Positions 8,841 through 19,535 of a DNA stretch of 64,000 nucleotides are shown here, in pieces. A program made the position numbers and the translations under genes. The notes under the pieces were generated by a model. That model saw only the letters and a program-made list of their open reading frames with translations, made no database searches and was not told the origin of the DNA. This DNA comes from an uncultured Gemmatimonadaceae bacterium (lineage in GTDB: Bacteria; Gemmatimonadota; Gemmatimonadetes; Gemmatimonadales; Gemmatimonadaceae), in the NCBI GenBank assembly GCA_963740355.1, contig CAVUDW010000002.1, positions 1,632,001 to 1,696,000 of the forward strand, read 5' to 3'. Each line of letters opens with the position of its first letter. The stretch's first letter is position 1.

Positions 8841-10439
8841 TCACCACCACTCGACGCCAAGGAGATTCGGCTCGGCTACCAACGCGTCGCGAAACCGAAG
8901 GTTGACGAACGCACCGTCGGTGACTCGTACTGCGCGGAGCAGGCGGGTCGAATTGATTCGCGCGAGCAGCATCGACCCATCAGGTGACCAGCTGATGCCG
9001 CCGAAATAGTCACCCACGTTGAGGAGGCGTGTGCCGGTGCCATCCGTGCTGACCACCGACATCCCAACGGCCGGGGTACCGATGGCATTGGCATTCGCCA
9101 CGAGGTATGCCACCCGGTCGCCGGATGGCGCGAACATCGGCTCCCGAGCCATTGGCGCGAGTACGGTGGAAGCACCGGAGGCTATGGTGAGCAGGCGGAG
9201 TTCGCTGTTCTGCGCCCCAGTGTAGGAAACGAAAGCGAGACGCGTGCCGTCCGGGGAGAGATCGGCGCCGAAGAACTGCGGGATCAGCGTCGGGAGGTCC
9301 GCGAGCTTCGTGATGGCGCCGTCGGTCGTCGCACGGTACACCGCCATGTAGTTCGGACTCGGGTACGGCTCGATGGGTCGCGCGACCATCATCACCGTGC
9401 CGTCTGCCAGCACTCGCGCCGTGAGGATATCCTGGAAGTTGGAAGGATTTCGAATCGTGCGGATCGTCGCACCGAGCGAATCGATCACACGAATGCCAAG
9501 TGTCGCGGGTCCCTGCGCGGTATCTGTCACAACGCGAACGAGGGCCCGATTCTGAGCCCGACTGGCGGCACGGAGGTAGCCGACGAGTGAGGGCCCGGAC
9601 GGGAAGACCGATCGTTCCTCACTGCCATTGAAGTTGAGCAAGCGAATGCCGAAGTCGTTGTCGCGTGTCACGCCGATGATGCGTCCCAGCGGTCGCACGC
9701 CGACATTGGTGGAATCGGCGGCGCCCCCTCGACGGGCGTAGATCCGTTGAGTTCCCATGTCGAGGGCACGGACGACGCCCGTCGCCGAGTCGATAGAAAC
9801 TGCGCTGCCCGTGGCTGCGGAAATGAGTGGACGCTCCGCCCTCGGATTGCCGAAGCGATCGGCGACGGTACCGGTGACGGTGGCTGTTGCCCCGATATCG
9901 AGGAGGATATCGCTCGTAAACGCGGTCACGCGCGCGGGCGCCCCCGGCGTCACAGTGAATTCCAGTGTGTCGCTATTCGGCAGCCCCTGAACCGCGGAGA
10001 CGATCAACATCTTGCCGGCGATATTTCCGAGTCTGACTCGAAATTCCGCCCGCCCGTCCTTGTCAGTGACGGCGCCGAGTGGCGCGATGCTTTTGGGGCA
10101 GGGTACGAGCGCTGGTGGGCAGACGTAGGCTGCTGCTTCGTCGAAGCGACCGGGATACACTCCTGCCGGGAGACCGCCGATCCCCACGATTACGCCGGGG
10201 ATCGGGTTGCCGTTCCGGCCGCGCACTTCAGCGATGATCGGCTGGATGATCTGTGCCTCGATCGTGTCGCTGACCACGCCAGTGTAGCGGAGCGTCACGC
10301 CAGCGCTTTTGGTGTCGGGGCCCGTCGCATCTCTGCAGCTGCTGGCGATCGAGAGCACTGCAAGCAGGACAGCGATCCTGCGCGCGCGGCGAGGTGAGGC
10401 GATGGTATTCGATGACGCTATCGGGTGTTGCACGTGCAT
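8841..10439 (-). CDS. Lipoprotein with Ig-like domains and TolB/PD40-like propeller
   Basis: Lipobox ASSC; TDKDGRA and DRFGN Ig motifs; LSPDG, FAPSG, WSPDG repeats. Confidence 0.78.
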   Translation of the reverse strand: MHVQHPIASSNTIASPRRARRIAVLLAVLSIASSCRDATGPDTKSAGVTLRYTGVVSDTIEAQIIQPIIAEVRGRNGNPIPGVIVGIGGLPAGVYPGRFDEAAAYVCPPALVPCPKSIAPLGAVTDKDGRAEFRVRLGNIAGKMLIVSAVQGLPNSDTLEFTVTPGAPARVTAFTSDILLDIGATATVTGTVADRFGNPRAERPLISAATGSAVSIDSATGVVRALDMGTQRIYARRGGAADSTNVGVRPLGRIIGVTRDNDFGIRLLNFNGSEERSVFPSGPSLVGYLRAASRAQNRALVRVVTDTAQGPATLGIRVIDSLGATIRTIRNPSNFQDILTARVLADGTVMMVARPIEPYPSPNYMAVYRATTDGAITKLADLPTLIPQFFGADLSPDGTRLAFVSYTGAQNSELRLLTIASGASTVLAPMAREPMFAPSGDRVAYLVANANAIGTPAVGMSVVSTDGTGTRLLNVGDYFGGISWSPDGSMLLARINSTRLLRAVRVTDGAFVNLRFRDALVAEPNLLGVEWW

Positions 10440-10794
10440 GTGACGTGAAAGGAAATGGCGTTGCCTGTGTGTCGGGCGACCAGCGTACCACGCTCCGGGC
10501 CGACTTGGGATCAGAAAAGGAATTAACCCGCGATCCGGCGCCGGGCAACGCCGTGCAACGACGTGCTACGGCGACTGCGTGGCGCGGCGAAAGGCCGAGC
10601 GCCGTCATGCAACGCGAGTCCTCCGCTCCCATCGGCATCGCGGGAATCTTCCGCTCTGGACGACCGTTCGAGCGACGGCTCCGAACGTGGCCTGAGGGTG
10701 ACAGCGTGCCACCCGGATGCGATACTCCTGTCCTCGGCGCGGGCGCATTCCACCTCGGCCCACTGCGAGTACACAAGCAAGGAGAGAAGGGCAG

Positions 10795-12777
10795 ATGCGA
10801 ACCGAACACCGGTCTTTCTCCGCGCGGGCGAAGAACACGCCTTTGGGCTTGCTCCTCACACTTGCTGCGGGCCTCCTCCTCGTAGCGACGACGGCGTTCG
10901 CTCAAGCGCGAAGCCTGGACTGGACTGCCTTCGCGGTCGACGCGCGCCTCGACAGCACGGGGACACTGATCGTTCGCGAGCGGCAGACGATTCTCTTCAA
11001 CGGCGACTGGAACGGTGGCGAACGCACGTTCGACGTGCGGCAAGGCCAACGGTTCGTGTTCCGACGGCTCTTGCGCGTCGACAGTTTGACGGGTGCCGAG
11101 GTCGCGATGCGGGAGGGGTCGCTCGATGTCGTGGATGGGTACGCGATGACGGATCGCCGCACCCTTCGCTGGCGCAGTCGATTGCCTGGCGATCCCGAGT
11201 TCCTGAATACGAAGATCACGTACGTGCTCGAGTACGAGTACTCTGATATCCTCCTGACCGAGGGCAGCGGATATCGGCTCGATCACGAGTTCGGGTTCCG
11301 TGATCGCACGGGCACCATCGCCAACTTCGACCTCACGCTTCGCCTCGATCCGGCGTGGCGCGCGCCAGCTGAGTTTACCGGCACCTTTCACCAACAGGTG
11401 CTTGAGCCCGGGATCGGCTACGTGGTCGATATCCCGCTCGTGTGGCGAGCGGCGGGTCTTCCCTCAGCGGTGCGACGCAGCCCGCCGATTACGCTGCGAC
11501 TGGGTTTGGCGGCTGCGCTGCTGCTCGCCATCGTGTTGATGACGATCCCCTTCCTTCGCGACGAAATTGCCGCTGGGCGATTCGAGCCGCTGACACCGAT
11601 CAGCAGCATCGACCGCCCATGGCTCGAGAAGCACGTGCTGTCGATGCGACCAGAGCTGGTAGGCTACGCCTGGGACGAATCGGTCGGACCGCCGGAGGTG
11701 TCGGCTGTGCTGGCGCGTCTCGTGAACGAGAAGAAGCTCGGCAGTCGAGTCGAGTCCTCGGGTGCGAAGTTCATGGCGCGACACATCCTGCATCTCGAGC
11801 TGCTGGTGCCACGGACTGAGTTCCACGGCTATGAACGATCCCTGATCGATGCCTTCTTCGCCTCGCACTCGACCACGACCAGCACCGACGAGATCAAGGA
11901 GCGTTACAAGAGTTCAGGGTTTGACCCGTCGGGCATCATCCGTCGGGCCTTGACCGAGGAGTTCACGCACACGGCCGGCATGGCTGAACCAAGCACGAAG
12001 GTGCGACGGTGGCCGCTGACCGTCGCGCTGTTCGTCTCCGGAATCGTACTGCTTGGAGTCGCAATTTTCTTGCGACCCGCGGATGGCGAAACGGCACTGC
12101 TCGCAGTGGCAATCGTCGGTGTGCCGAGCTTCGCGGTCGCGCGCGTGCTGGCCGAGCTCTGGCGGCGACGGGTAGTGAGGCCAGGGCGCCATCTGATGCT
12201 CGTGCTGCTGCCACTGGCGTTACTCGTTAGCGCGTACTGCTGGGTGGCTGCGACGGGGTACGGAATGCTCGGCCTTCTGGCGTTGGCTGCCTGGGCAGTG
12301 CTGACGATCGCCGCGCTTCTCTCGGTGCTGAACGGCTCGCGAACGATCTCGCCGAAGACACGCCTGCTGCGTCGCAAGGAGCTGGCGTCAGCGCGGGAGT
12401 ATTGCCGCATCGAGCTGCAGAAGCCGGCACCTGCGCTGGATGACACCTGGTACCCGTATCTGCTCGCGTTCGGACTCGGGCGTCACGTCGAGAAATGGTT
12501 CCGTGCCTTCGGCGGGGCGGCCACCACATCCATGTCGCGCAGTGGCTACACGGCCACCAACCATTCCTCGAGCGATTCCAGCAGTGGGTCGAGCGGCGGC
12601 ACGTTTTCCGGCTTCGGTGGCGGCGGTGGCTTCAGCGGCGCGGGTGCGACGGTGGCGTTCGGGTCCGCGGTGGGCGCGATGTCGAGTGGGGTCTCGGCGC
12701 CGAGCAGCAGTTCGAGCGGCGGGGGCAGTAGCAGCAGCGGAGGGAGTTCCGGCGGGGGTGGCGGCGGGGGCTGGTGA
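10795..12777 (+). CDS. DUF2207 family membrane protein
   Basis: N-terminal 'GTLIVRE..I.F.G..G.R' pattern, TM helices, YLLAFGL and Gly/Ser tail ending GGGGGGGW. Confidence 0.85.
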   Translation: MRTEHRSFSARAKNTPLGLLLTLAAGLLLVATTAFAQARSLDWTAFAVDARLDSTGTLIVRERQTILFNGDWNGGERTFDVRQGQRFVFRRLLRVDSLTGAEVAMREGSLDVVDGYAMTDRRTLRWRSRLPGDPEFLNTKITYVLEYEYSDILLTEGSGYRLDHEFGFRDRTGTIANFDLTLRLDPAWRAPAEFTGTFHQQVLEPGIGYVVDIPLVWRAAGLPSAVRRSPPITLRLGLAAALLLAIVLMTIPFLRDEIAAGRFEPLTPISSIDRPWLEKHVLSMRPELVGYAWDESVGPPEVSAVLARLVNEKKLGSRVESSGAKFMARHILHLELLVPRTEFHGYERSLIDAFFASHSTTTSTDEIKERYKSSGFDPSGIIRRALTEEFTHTAGMAEPSTKVRRWPLTVALFVSGIVLLGVAIFLRPADGETALLAVAIVGVPSFAVARVLAELWRRRVVRPGRHLMLVLLPLALLVSAYCWVAATGYGMLGLLALAAWAVLTIAALLSVLNGSRTISPKTRLLRRKELASAREYCRIELQKPAPALDDTWYPYLLAFGLGRHVEKWFRAFGGAATTSMSRSGYTATNHSSSDSSSGSSGGTFSGFGGGGGFSGAGATVAFGSAVGAMSSGVSAPSSSSSGGGSSSSGGSSGGGGGGGW

Positions 12778-12805
12778 AAGTCCGCTGACCGGCATCCGCT
12801 GTGCG

Positions 12806-12940
12806 CAATCCGGTGACAGTGCACTCAATTCGGGCGCGATCTGGTGACGGTGCGCGCGGGGCAATCCGGGGAAATCCGGTGACAGTGCACTCAATTCGGA
12901 GAATTGAGTGCACTGTCACCGGATTGCGGTCACCGGATTG
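12806..12940. repeat. REP-like cluster (one full palindrome plus extra arms)
   Basis: Several aatccggtgacagtgcactcaattc / gtcaccggatt units. Confidence 0.92.
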
Positions 12941-13107
12941 CTCCCCCCCCAACGATGGCGCGATGCCCCGCCTCCACCCCGGGTCATTCGACCCGGGCGA
13001 TTCGGAGGACCGCCACACACCTTGAGGAGTCTCCGGGCGCCACGCGCCTCACTCCCGCTCGCCACGCCTGCCTGTCCCCCCACGCGTCGCTTCGACAGCC
13101 TTCGCCC

Positions 13108-15939
13108 ATGGACACCCTCACGAACCCCGACCTTGCGGCCGGGCACCCGTTCGCATCGAGCGGCCAGCACCTCGAACTGATCGAGCAGCTCGCCGGCCTG
13201 GGCAGCTGGGAAATTTCGCTGCACACCGACGCCATCACCTGGTCGCGCGAACAACAGCGCATCCACGGCGTTGATGCCACGACCATGCCGCGGACCCACA
13301 CCGCGTTCATGAAGATGGTGCATCCCGACGACGTCGAGATCATCAATACCGGTATGGCGGAGCTCGAGCACGGGGCGCCGGTGACCGTGGAATTCAGGAT
13401 CATCCGCCCCGATGGGCAGGTGCGGCTGCTGCAGGCGCGCGGCCTCCTGCAACGTGATGCGGAGGGCTCGCCCGCGTGGGTCAGAGGCACGTCGCTCGAC
13501 ATCACCGAACGCCGCGCCACCGAGGCGGCGCTGCGGGCCAGTGAGGAATCGTACCGCACCATCTTCCAGCACGCGTCCGATGCGATGTGGCTGCATGACA
13601 TCGATACCGGCGCCTTCCTCGCCGTCAACGAAGCCGCCTGCCAGATGTACGGCTTCTCGATGGAGGAACAGCTGCAACTGGGTGTCGCCGGGCTCAGCGC
13701 TGGGGTCGCTCCCTACCGTCTCGAGGATGCCCTCGCCTTCATCACGCGCGCCGTGGCCGGCGAGCCACAGCGATTCGAGTGGCTCGGCAAGCACAAGAAC
13801 GGTGGCACGGTGTGGGGCGAGGTTCGTCTCCGTCGCGTGCGATTGAACGGCGTCGACCGTATCCTCGCGACAGCGCGCGACATCAACGATCGCGTGAGTG
13901 CCGAGCGTGCACTGCGCGACTCGTACGAGCAGCTCGAACGCCGCGTGGAAGAACGCACGCAAGAATTGGCAGCCAGCAACGCGGCGCTCGAACTGGAAGT
14001 CGCCGGACACACGCTCGCACGAAAGGCGCTCAGCGCGCGCGAGGAACACTTTCGCCGCCTGATCGAGGAATCGAACGACTACGTGATGATCGTGGACGCC
14101 TCAGGCGCGGTGACGTCGGTGGGTTCATCGGTGGAACGCGTGCTCGGCTATCATCCGGACGAGATGATCGGACTGCGCCCGGATGCGCAGCTGCATCCGG
14201 ATGACATAGCGCAGGCAGGCATCGTGCTCGCCGACGTGCTGGCGCACCCCGGGCTGACGCGTACGCTGGAGTGCCGGATCCGCCACAAGAATGGAAGCTG
14301 GCGCGTGATCGAGGCAATCGGTCGCACGGTCTCACCGACGAGTGTCGAGGAAGGCATCGTGGTGAATGCCCGCGACATCACCGAGCGGCTGAACGTCGAG
14401 CGTGCCGTGCGCGAGCGCGATGAGCGCTTCCGACAGATCATCGAGAACGCTGCCGATTTCGTGATGACATGCGATAAAACTGGTGCGCTTACCTATGTCG
14501 GGCCCTCCTCGCTCAAGATGCTCGGCTATGAGCCCAATGAGTTGCTGGGGACGCGTCCAATCGACCTGCTGCATCCGGACGATGTCGCCCGCACGATGCG
14601 CGAACTCGAGGTGGTGGTCCGGAATCCCGGACAGTCGATCACCAGCACGTTCCGCATCCGACGCAAGGATGGCAGCTACGTCGTGATGGAGAACGTGGGC
14701 CGGACCATGTCGCCGCACTCTCCTGACGAAGGTGTCATCGCATTCGGTCGCGACGTCACTGGCCGGCGCCAGGCCGAGGAAGCGCTGGCGCGCGCCAAGG
14801 AGGAGGCAGAGCGCGCCAACCGCGCCAAGAGCGAGTTCCTCAGCCGCATGAGCCACGAGCTCCGCACGCCGATGAACAGTATTCTCGGCTTCGCGCAGCT
14901 GCTCGCACGCGGGGAACTCTCACCACAAAACGGCAAGTCGGTCCAGCACATCCTCAAGGCAGGTCGACACCTGCTGCACCTGATCAACGAAGTGCTGGAA
15001 ATCGCGCGCATCGAGGCAGGCCGAGAACAATTCTCACTAGAGCCCGTGCTGCTGGCGCCGGTGCTCGAGGAAGCGCTCGGCCTCGTGCGACCGCTGGCCC
15101 ATCAGCATGGGGTGACGCTGCGGGGCGACGCCTGGCCCGCTGAACTGTACGTCCACGCCGATCGGCAACGATTGCTCCAGGTGCTGCTCAACCTGCTCAG
15201 CAACGCCATCAAGTACAACCAGCCTGGCGGGACCGTGGACCTCTATGCCACCGGTGATGCGACACAGCGTTGCCGCATTCGAGTGCGAGACTCGGGGAAG
15301 GGCATCGCAGCCGAGCGCGTGGACGAACTGTTCACGCCATTCGCGCGACTTGGTGCCGAGCAATCGGAGGTGGAGGGAACGGGCCTCGGTCTCGCGCTCT
15401 CTCGACGCCTCTGCGAAGCGATGGGAGGCCAACTCTCGCTCGAACATTCCGGAACGAACGGCAGCACGTTCGTCGTGGAACTCGATGCGACCATCAGCCC
15501 GCTGGCAGAGTTCGTGGACGCCGAGCGCGCACCGACCGAGCGCGCCGCCTATCGCGACGCAACACTGCTCTACATCGAGGACAACCTTGCGAACCTCGCT
15601 CTCGTGGAGACGATCCTGCTGTCACGGCCCGGCTGGCGCGTGGTGCCAGCCTTGCAGGGGCAGCTTGGCCTTGAACTCGCGCGCGAACACCAGCCGGACG
15701 TCATCCTGCTCGACGTGCACCTTCCCGACCTTTCCGGGCTCGAGGTACTGCGCAGGCTGCGCTCCGAGACGCGTACCGCCTCCACCCCAGTGGTGGTGGT
15801 CAGTGCCGACGCTACCTCGGCATCGGTTGAGCGCCTGCGCTCTGCCGGTGCCAACGCGTACCTCACCAAGCCGCTCGATGTCGACGAATTCCTGTCTGTC
15901 CTCGATCGGTACATCCCCATCGTGGAGCCGACGCGATGA
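13108..15939 (+). CDS. Multi-PAS hybrid sensor histidine kinase with C-terminal receiver
   Basis: Four PAS/PAC units (HPDD, DITER), MSHELRTP, NAIKYN, GTGLGL, receiver IEDN...LLDVHLP. Confidence 0.93.
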   Translation: MDTLTNPDLAAGHPFASSGQHLELIEQLAGLGSWEISLHTDAITWSREQQRIHGVDATTMPRTHTAFMKMVHPDDVEIINTGMAELEHGAPVTVEFRIIRPDGQVRLLQARGLLQRDAEGSPAWVRGTSLDITERRATEAALRASEESYRTIFQHASDAMWLHDIDTGAFLAVNEAACQMYGFSMEEQLQLGVAGLSAGVAPYRLEDALAFITRAVAGEPQRFEWLGKHKNGGTVWGEVRLRRVRLNGVDRILATARDINDRVSAERALRDSYEQLERRVEERTQELAASNAALELEVAGHTLARKALSAREEHFRRLIEESNDYVMIVDASGAVTSVGSSVERVLGYHPDEMIGLRPDAQLHPDDIAQAGIVLADVLAHPGLTRTLECRIRHKNGSWRVIEAIGRTVSPTSVEEGIVVNARDITERLNVERAVRERDERFRQIIENAADFVMTCDKTGALTYVGPSSLKMLGYEPNELLGTRPIDLLHPDDVARTMRELEVVVRNPGQSITSTFRIRRKDGSYVVMENVGRTMSPHSPDEGVIAFGRDVTGRRQAEEALARAKEEAERANRAKSEFLSRMSHELRTPMNSILGFAQLLARGELSPQNGKSVQHILKAGRHLLHLINEVLEIARIEAGREQFSLEPVLLAPVLEEALGLVRPLAHQHGVTLRGDAWPAELYVHADRQRLLQVLLNLLSNAIKYNQPGGTVDLYATGDATQRCRIRVRDSGKGIAAERVDELFTPFARLGAEQSEVEGTGLGLALSRRLCEAMGGQLSLEHSGTNGSTFVVELDATISPLAEFVDAERAPTERAAYRDATLLYIEDNLANLALVETILLSRPGWRVVPALQGQLGLELAREHQPDVILLDVHLPDLSGLEVLRRLRSETRTASTPVVVVSADATSASVERLRSAGANAYLTKPLDVDEFLSVLDRYIPIVEPTR

Positions 15940-17579
15940 CCGCCACCGTCGAACCCATCGCCGCGCTTCGGCATGCACGGACACGTGCATGCACGATCCT
16001 GCTCGTGGACGATGAACCGGCGAATCTCGACCTGCTCGAGGCGCTGCTCTCCGGTGAGGGGTACACGAGCCTCCTGCGCGCGAGCGATCCGCGTGTCGTC
16101 CCATCGCTCGTTGAGGCGCACGCCCCCGACCTGGTGCTGCTCGACCTGCATATGCCGCATCGGCATGGGCTCGATGTGCTGGCGGATCTTGCGGAGCTCA
16201 CACCCGCTGGTGACTACCGACCCGTACTCGTGCTCACGGCCGACGTGACGGCCGACGCGCGCGATCGAGCACTGGCGCTCGGGGCGCGTGACTTCGTGAC
16301 GAAGCCGTTCGATACCACCGAGGTGGTGTTGCGTGTGCAGAACTTGCTTGACACTCGTGTGCTCTACCTCGCGGAACGCGAAGCTCGCGTGCGCGTCGAG
16401 CAGGCGGAGATGCGTGCGGCGCTACTGGCGACGTGGAGCCGGATTCTTGCATCCGTCATCGACCCGCGGCAGGCGATCACCCACCTGCCGCGCCTGCTCC
16501 TGCCGCGATGGACCAGCGCCTGCGCGATGGGCGTTGGACTCGAACCTGGCGAGAAGATCGACTGGATAGGGGCAGATAGCGGAAGTGACGTCGACGCCGC
16601 TTCGCTCGAGACGGTTGCGAGGGTGGTGGTCGAGTCGCCGACGATTGCACGGGATGAAGCGATGTTCGTCTCGCCGATCATCACACGCGACGGCGTGGTC
16701 GGTGCACTGGTCGTGGCGCGGACGGCCAGCGCATCCGGCATGGACCAGACGCTGCTCAATGAATTGGCGGCACGCCTCGCGCTGGCTGTGGAGCATGCGC
16801 GACTGCTCGCCTCCGCAGAGCTGGCCGTGACGGAACGCGAGCGACTGCTTGCCGTGGTGGCGCATGACCTGCGCAATCCACTCGGTGCCGTCTCGATGTA
16901 CGCCGAGATGCTGGCCAACCTGCAGCCGTCACCGGATGACGATGCGCCGTCGCCGCCGGATGCGGAAACACGTCGGTTCGCCCATTCCGCGGTACAGACG
17001 ATCCATCGAAACGCGGCCGCGATGCAGCATCTGGTCGAGGATCTGCTTGACGCCTCGACGCTCCGTGCGAGTGCCATGCGCATTCATCGATCGCCGGTCG
17101 ATGTCGAGCCGCTCATCGATGATCTTCACCGGATGATGCGAGCGCGCGCGGACGACGCTGGGGTAACCCTCGACATGGAGTCTGACGGACCCGTCGGCGT
17201 CGTGACACTCGACGGCATTCGCGTCAGGCAGTTGCTGTCGAATCTCATCGGGAACGCGATCACATTCACGCCGCGCGGGGGTGAGGTGCGCCTGCGCTAT
17301 GCCGTCGCGTCCGACACGGTGACGCAGCACCCGGTATTGCGAGGCAGCGTGTCCGACACAGGGCCCGGGATTCCAGCTGACGAGCTCCCGCATCTGTTCA
17401 CGGCATTCTGGCGCGGCGATCGGCGCGACCGGAAGGGGGCGGGGCTCGGGCTATGGATCGCCAATGCGATCTGCGAGGCGCACGGTGGCGACCTGCGCGT
17501 CGAGACCTTGGTCGGCGCCGGTTCGACGTTTCATTTTACGTTGTCGCTGGTAGACACGTCTCGGCGGCCGGAAGACTGA
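15936..17579 (+). CDS. Receiver-(GAF-like)-histidine kinase
   Basis: LLVDD...LLDLHMP...TKPF; AHDLRNPL; DTGPGI; GAGLGL; ATGA overlap. Confidence 0.9.
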   Translation: MTATVEPIAALRHARTRACTILLVDDEPANLDLLEALLSGEGYTSLLRASDPRVVPSLVEAHAPDLVLLDLHMPHRHGLDVLADLAELTPAGDYRPVLVLTADVTADARDRALALGARDFVTKPFDTTEVVLRVQNLLDTRVLYLAEREARVRVEQAEMRAALLATWSRILASVIDPRQAITHLPRLLLPRWTSACAMGVGLEPGEKIDWIGADSGSDVDAASLETVARVVVESPTIARDEAMFVSPIITRDGVVGALVVARTASASGMDQTLLNELAARLALAVEHARLLASAELAVTERERLLAVVAHDLRNPLGAVSMYAEMLANLQPSPDDDAPSPPDAETRRFAHSAVQTIHRNAAAMQHLVEDLLDASTLRASAMRIHRSPVDVEPLIDDLHRMMRARADDAGVTLDMESDGPVGVVTLDGIRVRQLLSNLIGNAITFTPRGGEVRLRYAVASDTVTQHPVLRGSVSDTGPGIPADELPHLFTAFWRGDRRDRKGAGLGLWIANAICEAHGGDLRVETLVGAGSTFHFTLSLVDTSRRPED

Positions 17580-17601
17580 CGTTGTCCTTCGCCTGACCGC
17601 C

Positions 17602-18249
17602 ATGCCGATCGCCACCACTGCGCACCGCGCTGCGCGCATTCTCGTCGTCGAGGATACGCCCGACTTCGCCGAGGCGCTATCCAGCATCCTGCGACTCGAA
17701 GGGCATGAGGTCATCGTCGCTGGTCGCGCCATGGAGGCGTTGGCGCGCGCACGCGCGGAACCGCCGGACCTCGTGCTCCTGGATCTGGGCTTGCCTGACC
17801 GCGACGGCTATCACGTGCTGCGTGAGCTTCGGGCGCGAGGCTGCGACTGCCCGGTGCTGATCCTGTCGGCGCGCTCGCTCGAGAGTGACAAGGTCGAGGG
17901 GTTTCGACTCGGCGCCGATGATTACGTGACCAAGCCGTTCGGCGCGCTGGAACTGATGGCACGCATCTCCGCACTTTTGCGCAGGTCGCGCGCCGTTGTC
18001 GTACCGACGACGCAGGCAGCGACGATGCGCCGGCTCGACGACGTCGACCTGCAGGCGCGGTTCGGGCTGACCGAACGACAGATCGCCGTGGCGCGCTTGA
18101 TGGCCGATGGGTGCACGAATGCCGAAGTTGCGGCGCGCCTTGGGCTGAGCTTCTTCACCGTCCGCAATCACGCCGAGCAGGTGATGTTGCGACTCGGCGT
18201 GAACAAGCGCTCGGCGGTCGGGCCGATGCTGCATGAGCAACTGCCTTAG
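17602..18249 (+). CDS. Response regulator with LuxR-type HTH
   Basis: LLDLGLPD, GADDYVTKPF; LTERQ..VA.L...G.TNAEVA..L.LS..TVRNH. Confidence 0.9.
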   Translation: MPIATTAHRAARILVVEDTPDFAEALSSILRLEGHEVIVAGRAMEALARARAEPPDLVLLDLGLPDRDGYHVLRELRARGCDCPVLILSARSLESDKVEGFRLGADDYVTKPFGALELMARISALLRRSRAVVVPTTQAATMRRLDDVDLQARFGLTERQIAVARLMADGCTNAEVAARLGLSFFTVRNHAEQVMLRLGVNKRSAVGPMLHEQLP

Positions 18250-18267
18250 GCCGAACGCCAATGCGGG

Positions 18268-19209
18268 TCACCGCTGGCCAAACGGTTTCGGTGGCACTGA
18301 CTGCAGGTAGGCCCAGAGCGCGCGCAGTTCCACGTCGTTGAACGATCTCGTGAACTTCCACGGCATGAGATCATTGACCTTCGTGCCAGCTGGACGCATG
18401 CCCGTGCGCAACAGCCGTGCGAGATCGTCGTAGCTGTAATGACCGATGCCCGTGGGCGTGATGTTCGCAGCCGCCATCCAGTCCGGCGGTGCACCAGGAA
18501 TCGGTCCGCCCGAGAGCCCGGGGCCGTGGCATCCGGTGCAGGTACTGGCGAGGTACTTCCCGTATTCACGGGTCGGCTCTTCAGGCAGCGATGCCGTGTG
18601 CGGCGCCGTGTGGTCGATTTCCGCGGCTGCGTAGACCGACACCTTGCCTCCGAGATCCAGCGCCCGCAACACCGGGCCCAGTTTGAGCGCACCATGCTGT
18701 GCGGTGCTCGATGGTACGGAGCGGGCATAGGCGATGATGTCACCCAGATCTTCGTCGGTGAGCGACGCAAACTCATGCGACGGCATGATCAGGAGGCCGG
18801 TGCCGTCGCGCCGCACGCCATGGCGCACCGCGCGTTCCCAGTCCGTGTCGGAGAGGCGCGCACCGGCGCCGCCTGTGGTGAGGTTGGGTGCGGCGATCCG
18901 TCCGACGGCGGCTTCGTCGAGCATCACGCGCCCAACGAGCCCCTCGCCATGACAGTCCTGGCAGAATCGCACCGTGGCGAGTCGCTTCCCGCGCGCGGCG
19001 GCCGCGGCAGTGGACGGCGCAGTGAACGCGTGTGTCGGCACATTGAACGTGCGACGCGCCTTCCATTCAGAGGCAGCGAACGCGGTGACGACTGTTCCGA
19101 GCAGCAGCAGGACGCCGACGATGACGAGCCGGGAGAGGAATCGCCCGATCCGTCGCGGGCGCGACGGTCGGCGAGTCGACGCACTGGAAGTGGCGTGGTG
19201 GATTGCCAT
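18268..19209 (-). CDS. Di-heme c-type cytochrome, membrane anchored
   Basis: Two CxxCH motifs (CQDCH, CTGCH), N-terminal TM helix. Confidence 0.9.
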   Translation of the reverse strand: MAIHHATSSASTRRPSRPRRIGRFLSRLVIVGVLLLLGTVVTAFAASEWKARRTFNVPTHAFTAPSTAAAAARGKRLATVRFCQDCHGEGLVGRVMLDEAAVGRIAAPNLTTGGAGARLSDTDWERAVRHGVRRDGTGLLIMPSHEFASLTDEDLGDIIAYARSVPSSTAQHGALKLGPVLRALDLGGKVSVYAAAEIDHTAPHTASLPEEPTREYGKYLASTCTGCHGPGLSGGPIPGAPPDWMAAANITPTGIGHYSYDDLARLLRTGMRPAGTKVNDLMPWKFTRSFNDVELRALWAYLQSVPPKPFGQR

Positions 19210-19328
19210 GAGCAGGACCTCGTCGAGCAGCGGGTGTCGATAGTCATGATCGCGCGTGGCGCGCGTTCACGTTGTGCTGCAGGATGTCTGGTGGCGGTTC
19301 TGCCCGCGTGGGTGGAATGACCTAAACA

Positions 19329-19449
19329 GAATCCGGTGACAGTGCACACAATTCCGCGAAGGCGGGAGACCAGGGAATCCGGTGGCAGTGCGGAATCCGG
19401 TGACAGTGCACACAATTCCTCGGAATTGTGTGCACTGTCACCGGATTCC
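19329..19449. repeat. REP-like cluster
   Basis: ggaatccggtgacagtgcacacaattcc-tc-ggaattgtgtgcactgtcaccggattcc plus two upstream arms. Confidence 0.92.
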
Positions 19450-19535
19450 CACCCACGGTCGCCAGTTTACGGGAGGGTCAGATGACCCAGCTCACGTCGG
19501 CTAGATGTGCACCGTGACGCGCCCAGGCCACGCGC

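Noticed and set aside
12801..13107. ORFs or N-terminal extensions reading MSALSP, MHCHR, VTVHS or ECTVT (also near 6249, 20537, 26687, 42143, 53818)
   Set aside because: These are translations of the REP palindrome, not real protein sequence; starts were trimmed
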